From Octopus vulgaris (lineage: Eukaryota): 64,000 nt of DNA. The notes under the pieces were generated by a model that saw only the letters and a program-made list of their open reading frames with translations, made no database searches and was not told the DNA's origin. Position 1 is the stretch's first letter; each line of letters begins with the position of its first letter. The stretch spans positions 75,206,001 to 75,270,000 of the forward strand of contig OX597828.1 in NCBI GenBank assembly GCA_951406725.2, read 5' to 3'. The position numbers and the translations under genes were made by a program. Below, in pieces: positions 12,849-25,528 of the stretch.

Positions 12849-14740
12849 TGATAATAATAATAATACTAATAATAATAATTCCATTAGTGAAAGAAATGCG
12901 AGAGCCATCACCATTAATATCACAAACATGACAGACTGCTTAAAGAATTAATTAAATGGAAAATTATATCTATATTAATTATATATTACTTATACATACA
13001 TACATACATACATACATACATACATACATACATACATACATACAAATATAATACATACTTACATACATACATATGCATATATACACATACGCATACAAAT
13101 ACATGAATTTTTGGCAGCGTTACTAAATTCTGTGTCGGATTGTTTGGTCTAATTGATAAAGCGTTTCATGCAGAACCTCTTGAAATTGAAGCCAAATAAA
13201 TAAGGAATACAAGAAGGCAAAGAATATGGCAAACAGACAACAATAAAACAATAATAAATAAGAATAAAGTAATGTAAATAAATAAATAAACGTAAAAATC
13301 GCACACAAAATATTTAACAAAACAAACTGAAAATCTTGAGTTCTGAAACATTTCCATTCTCCATAAATTTGAGTTTGTGATTTTACAGTTTTTCTATAAA
13401 AAACATTATTAACAATAATTAATTGTTTAATAGGATGTATTTGGTGGTGGTTAAGGTTGTCGTCGGGGTGGAGAATATGAAGATTTACATACCAAAATAT
13501 AGAAAGAAAATAGTCAAAAACTACAAAATTAACAAAAAAAAACCACACAAAAAAAAACCACATACTACACGAGTGCAGCCACAATAATATTGAAACAAAG
13601 AAATACTATTACTAACAACAATAACAACAACAAAATTCTAGAAACAAGAGATAAAAAAAATTGCCAAAAAATGAAATAATGCAATTTAAATTATAGTAAA
13701 ATAATAATTATAATTTAGTGTAAAAAGCTCGACCAGGACCGAAAGATGTTGTTCAGAAGCACCGGAGGGAGTTAGGTTGGTTTGTGTTGTGTTTTTAATT
13801 AATTTCAATAGAGTTTTAAAATGTTAAAGTCAGTCCCTTTTCTTTTTAGATAATTAGTTTTATTGTCATTAAAGATAACTGTAGACAAAGAATTGAAAAA
13901 AGAAATATAGTCCATATATTGCAGCTATGTTAGCAAAAAAATAATAATATATATATATGATAACGTTTTCTAAATATATTTTGTAATTATATATATTTTT
14001 TCTTGTTGAGTTAAATAAAATGGCAACAAAATATAAAATGATATATTATCTTTTGGATGAATGTTTACTTACGAACAGAAGCTTTTTATTTGTTCCGGAT
14101 TAAAAACTCCGGACAATCCACGTGTCATATCTCCAAATTTTTTAACAGGTTGCATACATGTAAAAAGTCTCATTTGATTGCAGGCAAGACTCGTGCGAAG
14201 AATCCCTATGAAAAACAAATAGAAAGCAAAAGTTTAGAAAGAAAAATTTTAGAAAGCAAAATTTCGTATTCGTTTCAGTTACATATTTACCATTCTTTTT
14301 TTTGCTGCCAATTCATGAAATAAATAAAATAAACAAACAGCGAAAAATTCAAAAAGCGAGAGAAAACACAGAAAGAGAAGAACAACAGAAAAGTTAACCG
14401 TCATATTTAATATATATGCTCCAGGTTTTCCTTTTTTCTGCTAATTCTTCAAGAAAAAAGTACCTTAAAACCTTAAACAAGAGAAAAAGAAAGAAAGAAA
14501 GATCATTTATAAAAATAACCTTTCATTGAGAAAGTCACTCAAAGATTTCTTTTGAGCTTGTTTCCTATGCGTGATACAATTCCAAACAATAACTTCATCA
14601 AATATTTAGGCATCAAAGAGAAATTCGAATAAGAGAATCGAAAAAGAAAACCGTCCAACCCCACCCCACCCCACGAAAGTACCCGACGGCACAAAGTTTG
14701 CGTGTTTATGTGGTGATTATACATACACGTGTATGTATAA

Positions 14741-14783
<43 letters not shown>

Positions 14784-14859
14784 TATATACAGATACATAT
14801 ACATATGTGTGTGTATATATATTTACATGCATGTATGTCTACATATATGTAGATACGTG

Positions 14860-14931
<72 letters not shown>

Positions 14932-15400
14932 GATACATATACATATATATATATTTATATATTTAGATATATCTCCATAAACAAAAAACATACATATATA
15001 CACACACACACCACACATACGTATATATATATGTTTATACACACTCACAGTAAGGCATATGCGTATATAAAGAACAAAGAAAAAAGTATAATTGAAGAGA
15101 ATGCGAATAAGCGGTATAATGTCAAGAAAAGGAGAAATGAAAGACAAGTGGGCGGAAGTGAAGTGTTGAAGTGTGTAATGAGTAAAAGAGACGCAGAGAG
15201 TCTCTGAGTACATATTGGAATGGTTATTTATTAATTTAGTGGCACACGAAGCTTCGCTCAGCTGTTAACTCTTGTGATCTTTAGTGTGAGTCCAGTGTAA
15301 AAAGGAATGCAAAGTGAGAAAATTGGTCTGACAGAATCTCTACTTATTTCATAAAACACATGCTCATAAACATGCCAATATCGAGACGTGTATATTCCTG

Positions 15401-15775
15401 GCACAGGCGTGGTTTGCGTAGTAAGAAGTTTGCTTCTCAAGCATGTCGTTACGGGTTCAATTCAACTGCGTAGCACTTTGGGGACAAGTGTCTTCTGCAA
15501 TAGCCTCGGACCGGCCAAAGCCTTGTTAGTGGATTTGGTTGACGGAAACTGAAAGAAACCCGTCGTATGTATGTATGTATGTATGTATGTATGTATGTAT
15601 GTATGTATGTATGTATGTATGTATGTATGTATGTATGTATGTATGTATGTATGTATGTATGTATGTATGTATGTATGTATGTATGTATGTATGTATGTAT
15701 GTATGTATGTATGTATGTATGTATGTATGTATGTATGTATGTATGTATGTATGTATGTATGTATGTATGTATGTA
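15401..15775 (+). mobile_element. Family B SINE 5' part running into a ~210-bp (GTAT)n expansion
   Basis: ggcacaggcgtggtttgcgtagtaagaagtttgc..gggttcaattc..gcactttggggacaagtgtcttc..gacggaaactgaaagaaacccgtcg followed directly by (gtat)n. Confidence 0.9.
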
Positions 15776-15860
15776 TCTATCTATCTATCTATAAATAAAG
15801 AGGAATTATTAATAAGGTAATTATAAGGTGACTAGCAAGTTATTGAATCTATATATTATA

Positions 15861-16000
15861 AAGATTGAAACAATGCAGCGGATGAGCTACAGGGATAGGC
15901 TGAGAAAACTACAGCTTGACTCCCTGAAGCGAAGGTGCAAGAGATATGCTATAATATACGTATGGAAAAGGGCTAGTACCTAACTTTGGCATTGAATGTT
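15861..16000 (+). mobile_element. CR1/L2-group LINE ORF2 C-terminal remnant
   Basis: Translates MSYRDRLRKLQLDSLKRRCKRYAIIYVWK..GLVPNFGI, matching the YxERLxxLxLxSLERRR motif. Confidence 0.7.
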
Positions 16001-16018
16001 ATGTAAATGTCTATACGA

Positions 16019-16146
16019 CAGCTGGCTATACGACACGATCTGTGTCCTTAAACATGTATATTTTTTATATATAAGGACACAGATCGTGTCGTATAGCCAG
16101 CTGAAGACGATGTCTCCTGGGGTTAAATTACAGCAACATTCGTCCT
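16019..16146. repeat. Perfect 32-bp hairpin; truncated copy of the palindromic element at 31743
   Basis: cagctggctatacgacacgatctgtgtcctta (16019-16050) is the exact reverse complement of 16072-16103; the right arm continues cctggggttaaattacagcaacattc, like the 31743 element. Confidence 0.9.
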
Positions 16147-16214
16147 AAACCAGGACTGCCATGTTATGTTACCAAATAATCTTTGCTCCAGTTTTTTTAA
16201 ATCTCTAAACGTAA

Positions 16215-17200
16215 GCAGGACCGAATCAACGCAATGATTATTGTATATCCTAGAAATAGCAATGAAATGTCCTCTAAATCACATCTCAAACGTTCGAAAT
16301 TAAAGAGAGACTATGTTCAATAATGCGTGTAGTTCTAAGTAGGCTACGTCCGCAAAAATAGACGGGGTGGCCATGGATGGAAGTCTTTGATCAAAAGTCT
16401 GCTCAACGAGAGTTGTATAGGCGTTAAAAAGCATGAACAGGAAAGGAATTCTAGTGAAATAATGTTTTAGGGAGGAAGGATTGGGTAGAAGTCGTGAGAG
16501 TGGAAGGTCGGGTGGCGAGCGGCGGCACAGTACAGGTCATGAAATGCGGAAAGGCAAATGAATCGCGTGGATTTGAGAAAGTGACACGTGATCAGTTAAT
16601 TCTGAGGAACGGAGTCCAGTATAAAATGGAAAAATTAGGGGACACAGCCACAAGTGAAAAACATTCCAATCACAAGTACTCAGTTAAAACATTTGACCTA
16701 AAATTACATTATGTTGAGTGTCTACACAAGCTTAGCCCTAGGTCACAAGGTCTATGGCCAAAGACGTCCCAGCCATGACTATCATTCAAAACAGTGTATC
16801 AAAGCTAAATTACCCTCTTTATTCACCCTTTAGTTTGCAGATAGCAAGGATGGGTCTGTGTATTGAGGGGGATCTGGCTACTGTTTTTGTTTGACTTCAT
16901 TGTGGTTCCTTCATTAATTCATGTAGTGATTGTTGTTGGTGCTGACAGAATAAACATTTGATCGAAACCGTTCCGATTCTGACCATCCTGTTGTTTTTCC
17001 ACTCATTATCCAATATATCCTTCATTGCTGTTATTGTTTCACCCCAGGTCAGGCCTGGTCCAGTGGACCTACTGTGATTTAAAGCTTTTAAGCCGTGACC
17101 ATCCTGTCGTCTTTCCAGCCATTGTCGTTGTTTAGTTTTAGGTCAGGCCTGATTGCAAGAACTATGAGTTAAAGCGTTCCACTTGTGGCCATCCCATCTT
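16215..17200. repeat. Cluster of unclassified interspersed repeat family D (one minus copy, one plus copy, three partial tandem heads)
   Basis: Recurrent ttgttgtttagccccaggtcagccctgatc..cctatgatcaaag..ttccagccatgaccatcc-like motif; related pieces near 20500-20590, 26360-26430, 33450-33610, 36330-36390 and 37085-37215. Confidence 0.6.
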
Positions 17201-17269
17201 TTATTCATAGTGTATATCATCTAATGCGTACTTTCAAAGCATGGTTAGCCCAAAACAAACTGGACGTTG

Positions 17270-17683
17270 TTTGAATTTATTTCATGCAACAGCAGAGCCA
17301 GTCCTTTCATTTGGAGGAGCAACAGCCTTGACGCTTACCAAGGGAAACTGGGATTCAAGCTAGGTGGAACATACACCCAAATGTTAAGTGCAGTCTTAAA
17401 CATATCTTGGAGAAGACATCCCACCAAGAAACAGCTGTAAGGAGCTCTCCTGCCTGTTTCTAACATCTTAAGGGAAAGACGCTTGTGCGAGATAAACAAG
17501 TGCTGCCATGTGACTTACAGCTATGGATACGAAAACATGGCCGTGTTCGATCAGGTCGTCCGAACACCACTTACGTTGACACAGGATGCCTCCCCGAAGA
17601 CCTCCCTCAGCTAAAATGCAAGACTGTAAGGAAGGCGTGTGCGAGTTAAAAACATTAGAGCCAGCTCGACCAGATGATTATGA
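17270..17683 (+). mobile_element. RTE-group LINE 3' remnant
   Basis: Frameshifted translation LGGTYTQMLSAVLNISWRRHPTKKQL*GALLPVSNILRERRL..HGRVRSGRPNTTYVD..RVKNIRASSTR, ending in a (tga)-like tail. Confidence 0.8.
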
Positions 17684-18680
17684 ATATCTTACTTCATTCT
17701 TTACTAAAGATTTGAATGTGGTTTAGCAGATCGGGAGCCAATATATTATAGACTGTCGCTGTCCTTGGATCAATACTCCGAGTATTCACAGCCAGTGTAA
17801 TATTATAAAATTGGTGTAGAATAAACAGGAAAATCACAATTAGTTGTTTATTCGTCACAATGGAACAACAAAACCCAACAAGTAGAAACACAATGTTATT
17901 GTTGTTATTGGTGTTGTTCTTTTAAATAATGTCTTCCTTACATCATTTTTATGAAATTAGAATCTGTGAAATGTCAGCAAATGTAATGAAGAGATATTAA
18001 ATAAATGAATAATGCATTTAAAATTAATTTCATTGCGCTATTACTTCATCATGTGGCGGCTGAAAGGCAGCGGCAGGGGGGAAGGGGAGCTGGGGAGGGG
18101 TGCGGATTGCCTTTTTATTTTTTATTGTCTCTTTACATATATATATATATATTTTTTTTTTTCTGTTATTTTTCTCTTATTTTTCTGTTTACTCAAATTT
18201 AATTTATGTAAATACAGCAATTATCGTGATAAAAGATCCAAAAAGTATGAATTTCTATGACAGTCGAACGTTGTGTATCTTCACTCTTCTGTTCCTTTCT
18301 TCCATCTTATTTTCCCCTTCCAATCCTCCCACCACCACCACCACCACCACTTCCTATCAATTTACTTGTATTCTAACGAGGTGGAAGAGGGGAGGGAGAA
18401 CAGAAAAGCTGGATAGCTATTTGCAGGAAGTGCAGCAGATATAATTGCTCTCTTAAATGCATACATTAAATTCAATATATAGTGCAGTGAACTCTTTTGG
18501 CAGAGATTGGGTTTACTTTCGAGAATGGATAAACAAGGCAAAGCATAAAGGGACGCGATTTAAGAACAGAATCCTAATATTTGTTGAATGCATACGGCAC
18601 AGTTATATATCATATCATATATCGTCTCACATCACAACAAAAGCATATTAATATATGTTATATATATATATATATATATA

Positions 18681-19045
18681 CTCTTTTTACTCTTTTACCT
18701 GTTTCAGTCTTTTGACTGCGGCCATGCTGGAGCACCGCCTTTAGTCGAGCAAATCGACCCCGGGACTTATTCTTTGTAAGCCCAGTACTTATTCTATCGG
18801 TCTCTTTTGCCGAACCGCTAATTGACGGGGACGTAAACACACCAGCACCGGTTGTCAAGCAATGCTAAGGGGACAAACACAGACACACAAACACATACAC
18901 GCATACATATATACATATATACGACAGGCTTCTTTCAGTTTCCGTCTACCAAATCCACTCACAAGGCATTGGTCGGCCCGAGGCTATAGTAGAAGACACT
19001 TGCCCAAGGTGCCACGCAGTAGGACTGAACCCGGAACCATGTGGA
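18681..19045 (-). mobile_element. CORE-type tRNA SINE, family B
   Basis: Well-preserved; minus strand has gcgtggcaccttgggcaagtgtcttctactatagcctcggg (CORE-like) and the 3' tail with ggcggtgctccagcatggccgcagtc. Confidence 0.9.
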
Positions 19046-19074
19046 ACCATATATATATATATATATATATCTAC

Positions 19075-19356
19075 AAGGCGGTGATGAGCTGGCGCAGAAC
19101 CGTTAGCACTCCGGAGAAAATACTTAGCGGCGTTGCGTCCGTCTTTATGAAGGCAGCGAGCGGGCAAAATCGTTACCGCGCAGGGCTAAATGCTTAACGG
19201 TACTTCGTTTGCCTTTATGTTCTGAGTTCAAATGCCACCGGGGTCGACTTTGCCTTTCACCCTTTCGAAGTCTATAAAATAAATATCAGTTGAGTACTGG
19301 GGTTGACTTATCCCAATCTCCGAAATTGCTGGCCTTGTGCCAAAATTTAAAACCAG
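19075..19356 (+). mobile_element. Family A SINE with duplicated tRNA-like head
   Basis: Two successive heads (aaggcggtgatgagctggc.. and aaggcagcgagcgggc..) precede one body. Confidence 0.8.
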
Positions 19357-19360
19357 TATA

Positions 19361-19401
<41 letters not shown>

Positions 19402-19548
19402 TAAAAAATGGAGTTAACGCAGGTTTAAACAAGTATTTTTACTTTCTACATATGTATTTTGCTGCCCTGGTAACTATTCATTCATTTATCCGTGTTAATT
19501 GTTAACAAGGTAAAATACACTCATCTATATATATATATATATATATGT

Positions 19549-19712
19549 ATATTTTCTCTCCTTGTTTCTTTCTGTGTATCTGTCTGTCGAAGAGCGTAGG
19601 CTCGAAACGTAAAAGACTTGTTCTATTTCTATTCTTGAGCGCTATACTAATACATTTGTTTGTTTATACTCCACCTGCCTTCGTCTTTTGTTTATTTTCG
19701 TAAATTTTCCCT
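19549..19712 (+). mobile_element. Short Penelope-like pLTR element in (TA)n with hammerhead-like motif
   Basis: CTGTCGA-A-GAGC-gtag-GCTC-GAAA-CG-TA at about 19584-19611; (TA)n on both sides. Confidence 0.55.
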
Positions 19713-19865
19713 TTATATATATATATATACATACGTACAGGTACTGAACCTCTTATCTGGCGACCTCGAGACCAGAGGTGGTCAGGGTTTCTGGATTTTC
19801 CGATTTTCTGGTTGTCAAGCGTTGGTGGGTGGGTACGAGGGGCGCGCGAGCGCACACACATACAA

Positions 19866-20026
19866 CTGGCTTCTTTCGCTTTCCATCTACCAAATTCGCT
19901 CACAAGGCTTTGGTTGGTCCGAGGCTATAATAGAAGACACGTTGCGAATAGTGCCACGCAGTGGGACAGAACCCGGGACAGTGTGGTTGGGAAGCAAGCT
20001 TCTTACCACACAACCACGCCTGCGCC
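19866..20026 (-). mobile_element. Family B SINE 5' part
   Basis: cacaaggctttggttggtccgaggctataatagaagacac..gttgggaagcaagcttcttaccacacaaccacgcctgcgcc. Confidence 0.85.
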
Positions 20027-20030
20027 TATA

Positions 20031-20069
<39 letters not shown>

Positions 20070-20620
20070 CAATATCATAAATCATATATGAATATATATA
20101 TTTTTATGTGTGTGTGTATAATATAAAACACAACAATTATATATAACAAATCACACAGAAATATATATAATAAATATAAATTATAGCAAATAGTAAAATC
20201 TGGAAACGAAGGGGGGGGGGGGGGTCAAAAATAGCTCCTTTCGTTTAATTTCAATGAGAAGTGGGCACATTAACATTTCGGGTCCTCCCTCGTGGTCTGA
20301 GCGAGAACGCATTGTTACTGATTCAGTTAAGAACAAACTCAATAATGGATGTGGATACGTTTTTTATTCGCTCCTTTCTAGGCCAGCACCACCACCACCA
20401 CTACTACTACTACTACTACTTGAACTGATATTCAGGTCCTCTTCAAGAACGTTCGGCATGTCAAGTTCAAAATAAGACCTTTCTGTTTCAAAGAAAGGAA
20501 TGATATGCTTCAATAACAAATGGAATGGTCATAACTGGAACGCTTCTGGTTGTAGGTCTTCCCTATAGCGACTGACCTGGGGCTAAAACAAAAACACTAA
20601 TGGCAACATCAACATTTCAA

Positions 20621-21050
20621 TCTTATCTACTATAGGCGCAAGGTCTGAAATTTGGTAGGAGAGGTGGGTTAGTCGATTAAATCGACCCCAGTACGTGACT
20701 GGTACTTATTTTATCGACCCCCCGAAAGGATGAAAGGCGAAGTCGACCTCGGAGGAATTTGAACTCGGAAAATATAGACGGACGAAATGCCGCTAAGCAT
20801 TTTGTCCGGCGTTCAAACGATTCCTCCTGCTCTCAGCCTTAACACCATAAATAATAGTTTCAAATTTTTTGGCACAAGGCCAGCAATTTCGGGGGAGGGT
20901 GGGTGGTCTGTGTTCAATCGATACTTATTTTATCGATCCCCGAAGGATGAAAGGCAACGTGAACACCGAGGAAATTTGAACACAGAGTGTACAGGCGGAC
21001 GAAATGCCGTTAAACATTTTGTCCGCCGTGCAAACGATTCTGTCCGCTGA
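20621..21050 (-). mobile_element. Two tandem family A SINEs (about 20621-20840 and 20856-21050)
   Basis: Each carries tacttattttatcga..gaaaggatgaaaggc..aatttgaac..gacgaaatgccg. Confidence 0.85.
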
Positions 21051-21103
21051 CCGTCTAAACATCATCATAAATAATAGCGATGGAAATCCACGGTCTGTCT
21101 GTA

Positions 21104-21990
21104 TGGTGGCGGCGGTGGTGGTGGTGGTGGCGGCGGTGGTGGTGGCGGCGGCGGTGGTGGTGGTGGTGGTGGCGGCGGCGGCGGCGGTGGTGGTGGTGGT
21201 GGTGGTGGTGGTGGGAGGGTTCATCTTGAAGGTTCATTTTACTGGTGGGGAGGACAGGTATCCGATCTGTTATTTGATTGGTTGTTTTGGTCAACAGGTG
21301 TTACTGCAGCTGTTGTATCACTACCACCACAACCACCTGTAAGATCAAGACCACCACCGCCGCCGCCACCACCACAATCAACGACACTTCCGCTTCCGCT
21401 TCCTTCACGAACACTACAAACACCACCAATATCACAATCTCCACCACCACCACATCACCACTGTCACTTCAACTGCAATCTATATATACCAACACCACTA
21501 AGAACGCTACTACCAATACTACAATAGCTACCACAAACCTCATCATCACTTCAACCATCACCACCACCACTACTACCTCCAGAACTATCACTCATCTCCA
21601 CCACTTACACCACTCTACCAAAACTATTACTACCACCACCACGACCACCACCCTCGTTACCATCATTACGACTATTCTCATCAGTACTACCACCACAACC
21701 TACACATAAGCCACCACTGAAACCACTCAGTACGACTACCGCCTTAACGCCAGCATCAACACTAATACCGCCCCTTAACTACCACCATCTACCATTACGT
21801 TCCTCAGTGGTTCTACCATCAACATTACCACCGCCACTACCAATACAACGACATCACAATACTACCACCATCACCACAACGATACCAGCACGTGCACCCC
21901 GCCACCATCACAACCTACCACGCCTACCTTTTACTACTACCACTGCAACCAGCACCACATCACCGCCACCACCACCACCACCACCGCCGG
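21104..21990. repeat. (GGT/GGC)n tract followed by a long degenerate (ACC/ACT)n tract
   Basis: Direct reading: 21104-21213 is G-rich triplets, 21320-21990 is C-rich triplets. Confidence 0.9.
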
Positions 21991-22739
21991 AACAGTAACA
22001 ATAAAAAGGAGAGAATGTCACATGATGTGATGTAGAATCCATTACGGGGTGTTTGAGCAGACATAATGGAAGGATCTGGATTAAAATAAAAGGGGGTGGG
22101 CATGGGTTTAGGGATTAAGGATTATCATTTTATCATCAATTATATATTAGTAGAGGGATTAGTGATGGTAGTTGGTGAGGGATATCGGGAGAACGAGTGT
22201 GTATGGATATGTGTATATATAAATGTGTGCTTGTGTGTGTGTGTAGTGATAGAATACGTGTGTGTACATATACTCATATACACAGGCTTAGGCACATCTA
22301 TACGTAGAGACATTCACACACACACACACACGTGACAACAAAAGTGTGTGTGTAAGCGCATGCGTGTGTGTATAAGTGCGTATATGTATGTCCATGTGTG
22401 CGTAAGTGCCCGAGTATGCGTGTGTATGTGCAAGAGTATGCGGTGTGCATGTGCGTGTGCATGAGTATACGCATCAGTATGTGTGCGTGTGTTGTGTGTA
22501 CGCGTAGATGTGTTTCGTATGGAAAGCTTGTGCGTGATGTGAGGTTGTATTTACAGAGGTACATTCTATGTATATATACATGCAGCTAGTTGTGTGTGTA
22601 TATATATATATACGCTTGTTGCGTTGATATATGTATATTTCTGTATGTATGTAGCTATGTATGCATATATGAGTATAGCTGCGTATGTATGTCTACCCAT
22701 ATATGCATGCATATACACTCCTGCCTGCATGCATGCATA

Positions 22740-22741
22740 TA

Positions 22742-22775
<34 letters not shown>

Positions 22776-23107
22776 CGTATATAAATATATACATCTATGT
22801 ATACACGCTTACCAGTATATATGCCCATGTATGCATGCTTGTATATATATATATATATATATACACATATATACACATATATATACATATATACACATAT
22901 ATATACATATATACACATATATACACATATACACATATATATACATATATACACATATATACACATATATACACATATATATACATATATACACATATAT
23001 ACACATATATATACATATATATACATATATACACATATATACACATATATATATACATATATATACACATATATATACATATATATATATACACATATAC
23101 ACATACA

Positions 23108-23139
<32 letters not shown>

Positions 23140-23594
23140 CACATATATATACATATATATATATATACACATATATATACATATATATACATACATATAT
23201 ACACATACATATATATATATACATATATATATATACATATATACACATATATATACATATATACACATAAATATATATATATATACATATACATATATAT
23301 ATATATACATATACATATATATATATACATATACATATATATATACATATATGTATATATACACATATATACACATATATATATATACACACATACATAT
23401 ATACATATATATATATATACACACATACATATATACATATATATATATATACACACATACATATATACATATATATATATATACACACATACATATATAC
23501 ATATATATATATATACACACATACATATATATATACACACATACATATATATATATATACACACATACATATATACATATATATATATATACAC

Positions 23595-23625
<31 letters not shown>

Positions 23626-24658
23626 CACACATACATATATACATATATATATATATACACACATACATATATACATATATATATATACACACATACATAT
23701 ATATATACACATATATATATATACACACATACATATATATATATATATACACATATATATATATACACACATACATATATATATATATACACACATACAT
23801 ATATATATATATACACACATACATATATATATATATACACACATACATATATATATATATATATACACATATATACATATATATATACACACATATATAT
23901 ATATATATATACACACATATATACATATATATATACACACATATTTATATATATACATATATATACATACACACATATATACATATATATATATACATAC
24001 ACACATATATACATATATATATATACATACACACATATATACATATATATATACATATATATACATACACACATATATACATATATATATACATATATAT
24101 ACATACACACATATATATACATATATACATATATATATACATATATATATACATATATACATATATATATACATATATACGCATATATATATACATACAT
24201 ATACATATCTATATGTACATCTCTCTATATATAAACGGCAGTTTGTCTGTGTGTGTGTCTGTGTGTCTGTCAGGTTGTACCCTCACCCTGACCATGGCTT
24301 TCAACCGATTCTGATGAAACTTGACACACACATAGCCCAATGTCATAATTCAAAACTAACGCAGCAAAAATTTTGAAAAGTTTCCCCCAGTTCTGAAAAA
24401 AATCGATAAATTCGACATGGGGTCGAGAATCAGAAACACAAACCACAGACTGTCTAGGGGACGCAACTCGACCGTTTTAACTCTCAAAAAAAATTTACCA
24501 TAATTTTTTTCCATTTTTTTTCTATTTTTTGGCTATAACTCTCTAAAAATGCTTTATAGTTAGTTCCCTTACAAACCCGAGCAACGCCGGGCGATACTGC
24601 TAGTACATATATATATACATACATATATATATATACATATATACGCATATATATATAC

Positions 24659-24689
<31 letters not shown>

Positions 24690-24744
24690 CATACATACAT
24701 ATATATACATACAAATATATATATACATACATACATATATATAC

Positions 24745-24778
<34 letters not shown>

Positions 24779-24942
24779 ACATACATACATATATATACAT
24801 ACATACATATATATACATACATACATATATATACATACATACATATATATACATACATACATATATATACATACATACATATATATACATACATACATAT
24901 ATATACATACATACATATATATACATACATACATATATATAC

Positions 24943-24976
<34 letters not shown>

Positions 24977-25096
24977 ACATATATATATATACATACATAC
25001 ATATATATACATACATACATATATATACATATATATATATACATACATACATATATATACATACATACATATATATACATACATACATATATATAC

Positions 25097-25167
<71 letters not shown>

Positions 25168-25400
25168 CATATATATACATACATACATACATATATATAT
25201 ACATACATATACACACACACATATATACATACATATATATACACACACACATATACATACATATATACACACACACACATATACATATACACACACACAC
25301 ACATATACATATACACACACACACACATATACATATACACACACACACATATACATATACACACACACACACATATACATATATATATATACACATACAT
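22740..25400. repeat. ~2.3-kb compound TA/CA/TACA satellite split by a Helitron
   Basis: Almost G-free plus strand; local higher-order units of ~32 bp (near 23390-23700) and 18 bp (catacatacatatatata, near 24730-25110). Confidence 0.95.
24220..24603 (+). mobile_element. Non-autonomous Helitron
   Basis: Starts TC (tctctctatatataaac), has a subterminal hairpin cccgagcaacgccggg, ends CTAG, and sits between A and T (gtaca|..|tacat) with no TSD. Confidence 0.9.
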
Positions 25401-25479
25401 AAATTTATATATGTACTTACGTATATGTTTCTAAGCATGTGTATATGTATGCACATATACGTGTGTACATATTTCCATG

Positions 25480-25528
<49 letters not shown>

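Noticed and set aside
16725-17200. Regularly spaced repeats resembling a CRISPR array
   Set aside because: Repeats are long and diverged, the context is eukaryotic, and there are no cas genes
21278-21998. Thr/Pro-rich mucin-like ORFs
   Set aside because: Degenerate (ACC)n tract, open in several frames, with no signal peptide, domain or splice support
22594-24376. Long ORFs of 400-560 aa (YIHT/MCVY repeats), and similar ones at 11.2-12.2, 24.5-25.4, 39.5-41.0 and 47.0 kb
   Set aside because: They are translations of TA/CA microsatellites, which lack stop codons in most frames; not genes
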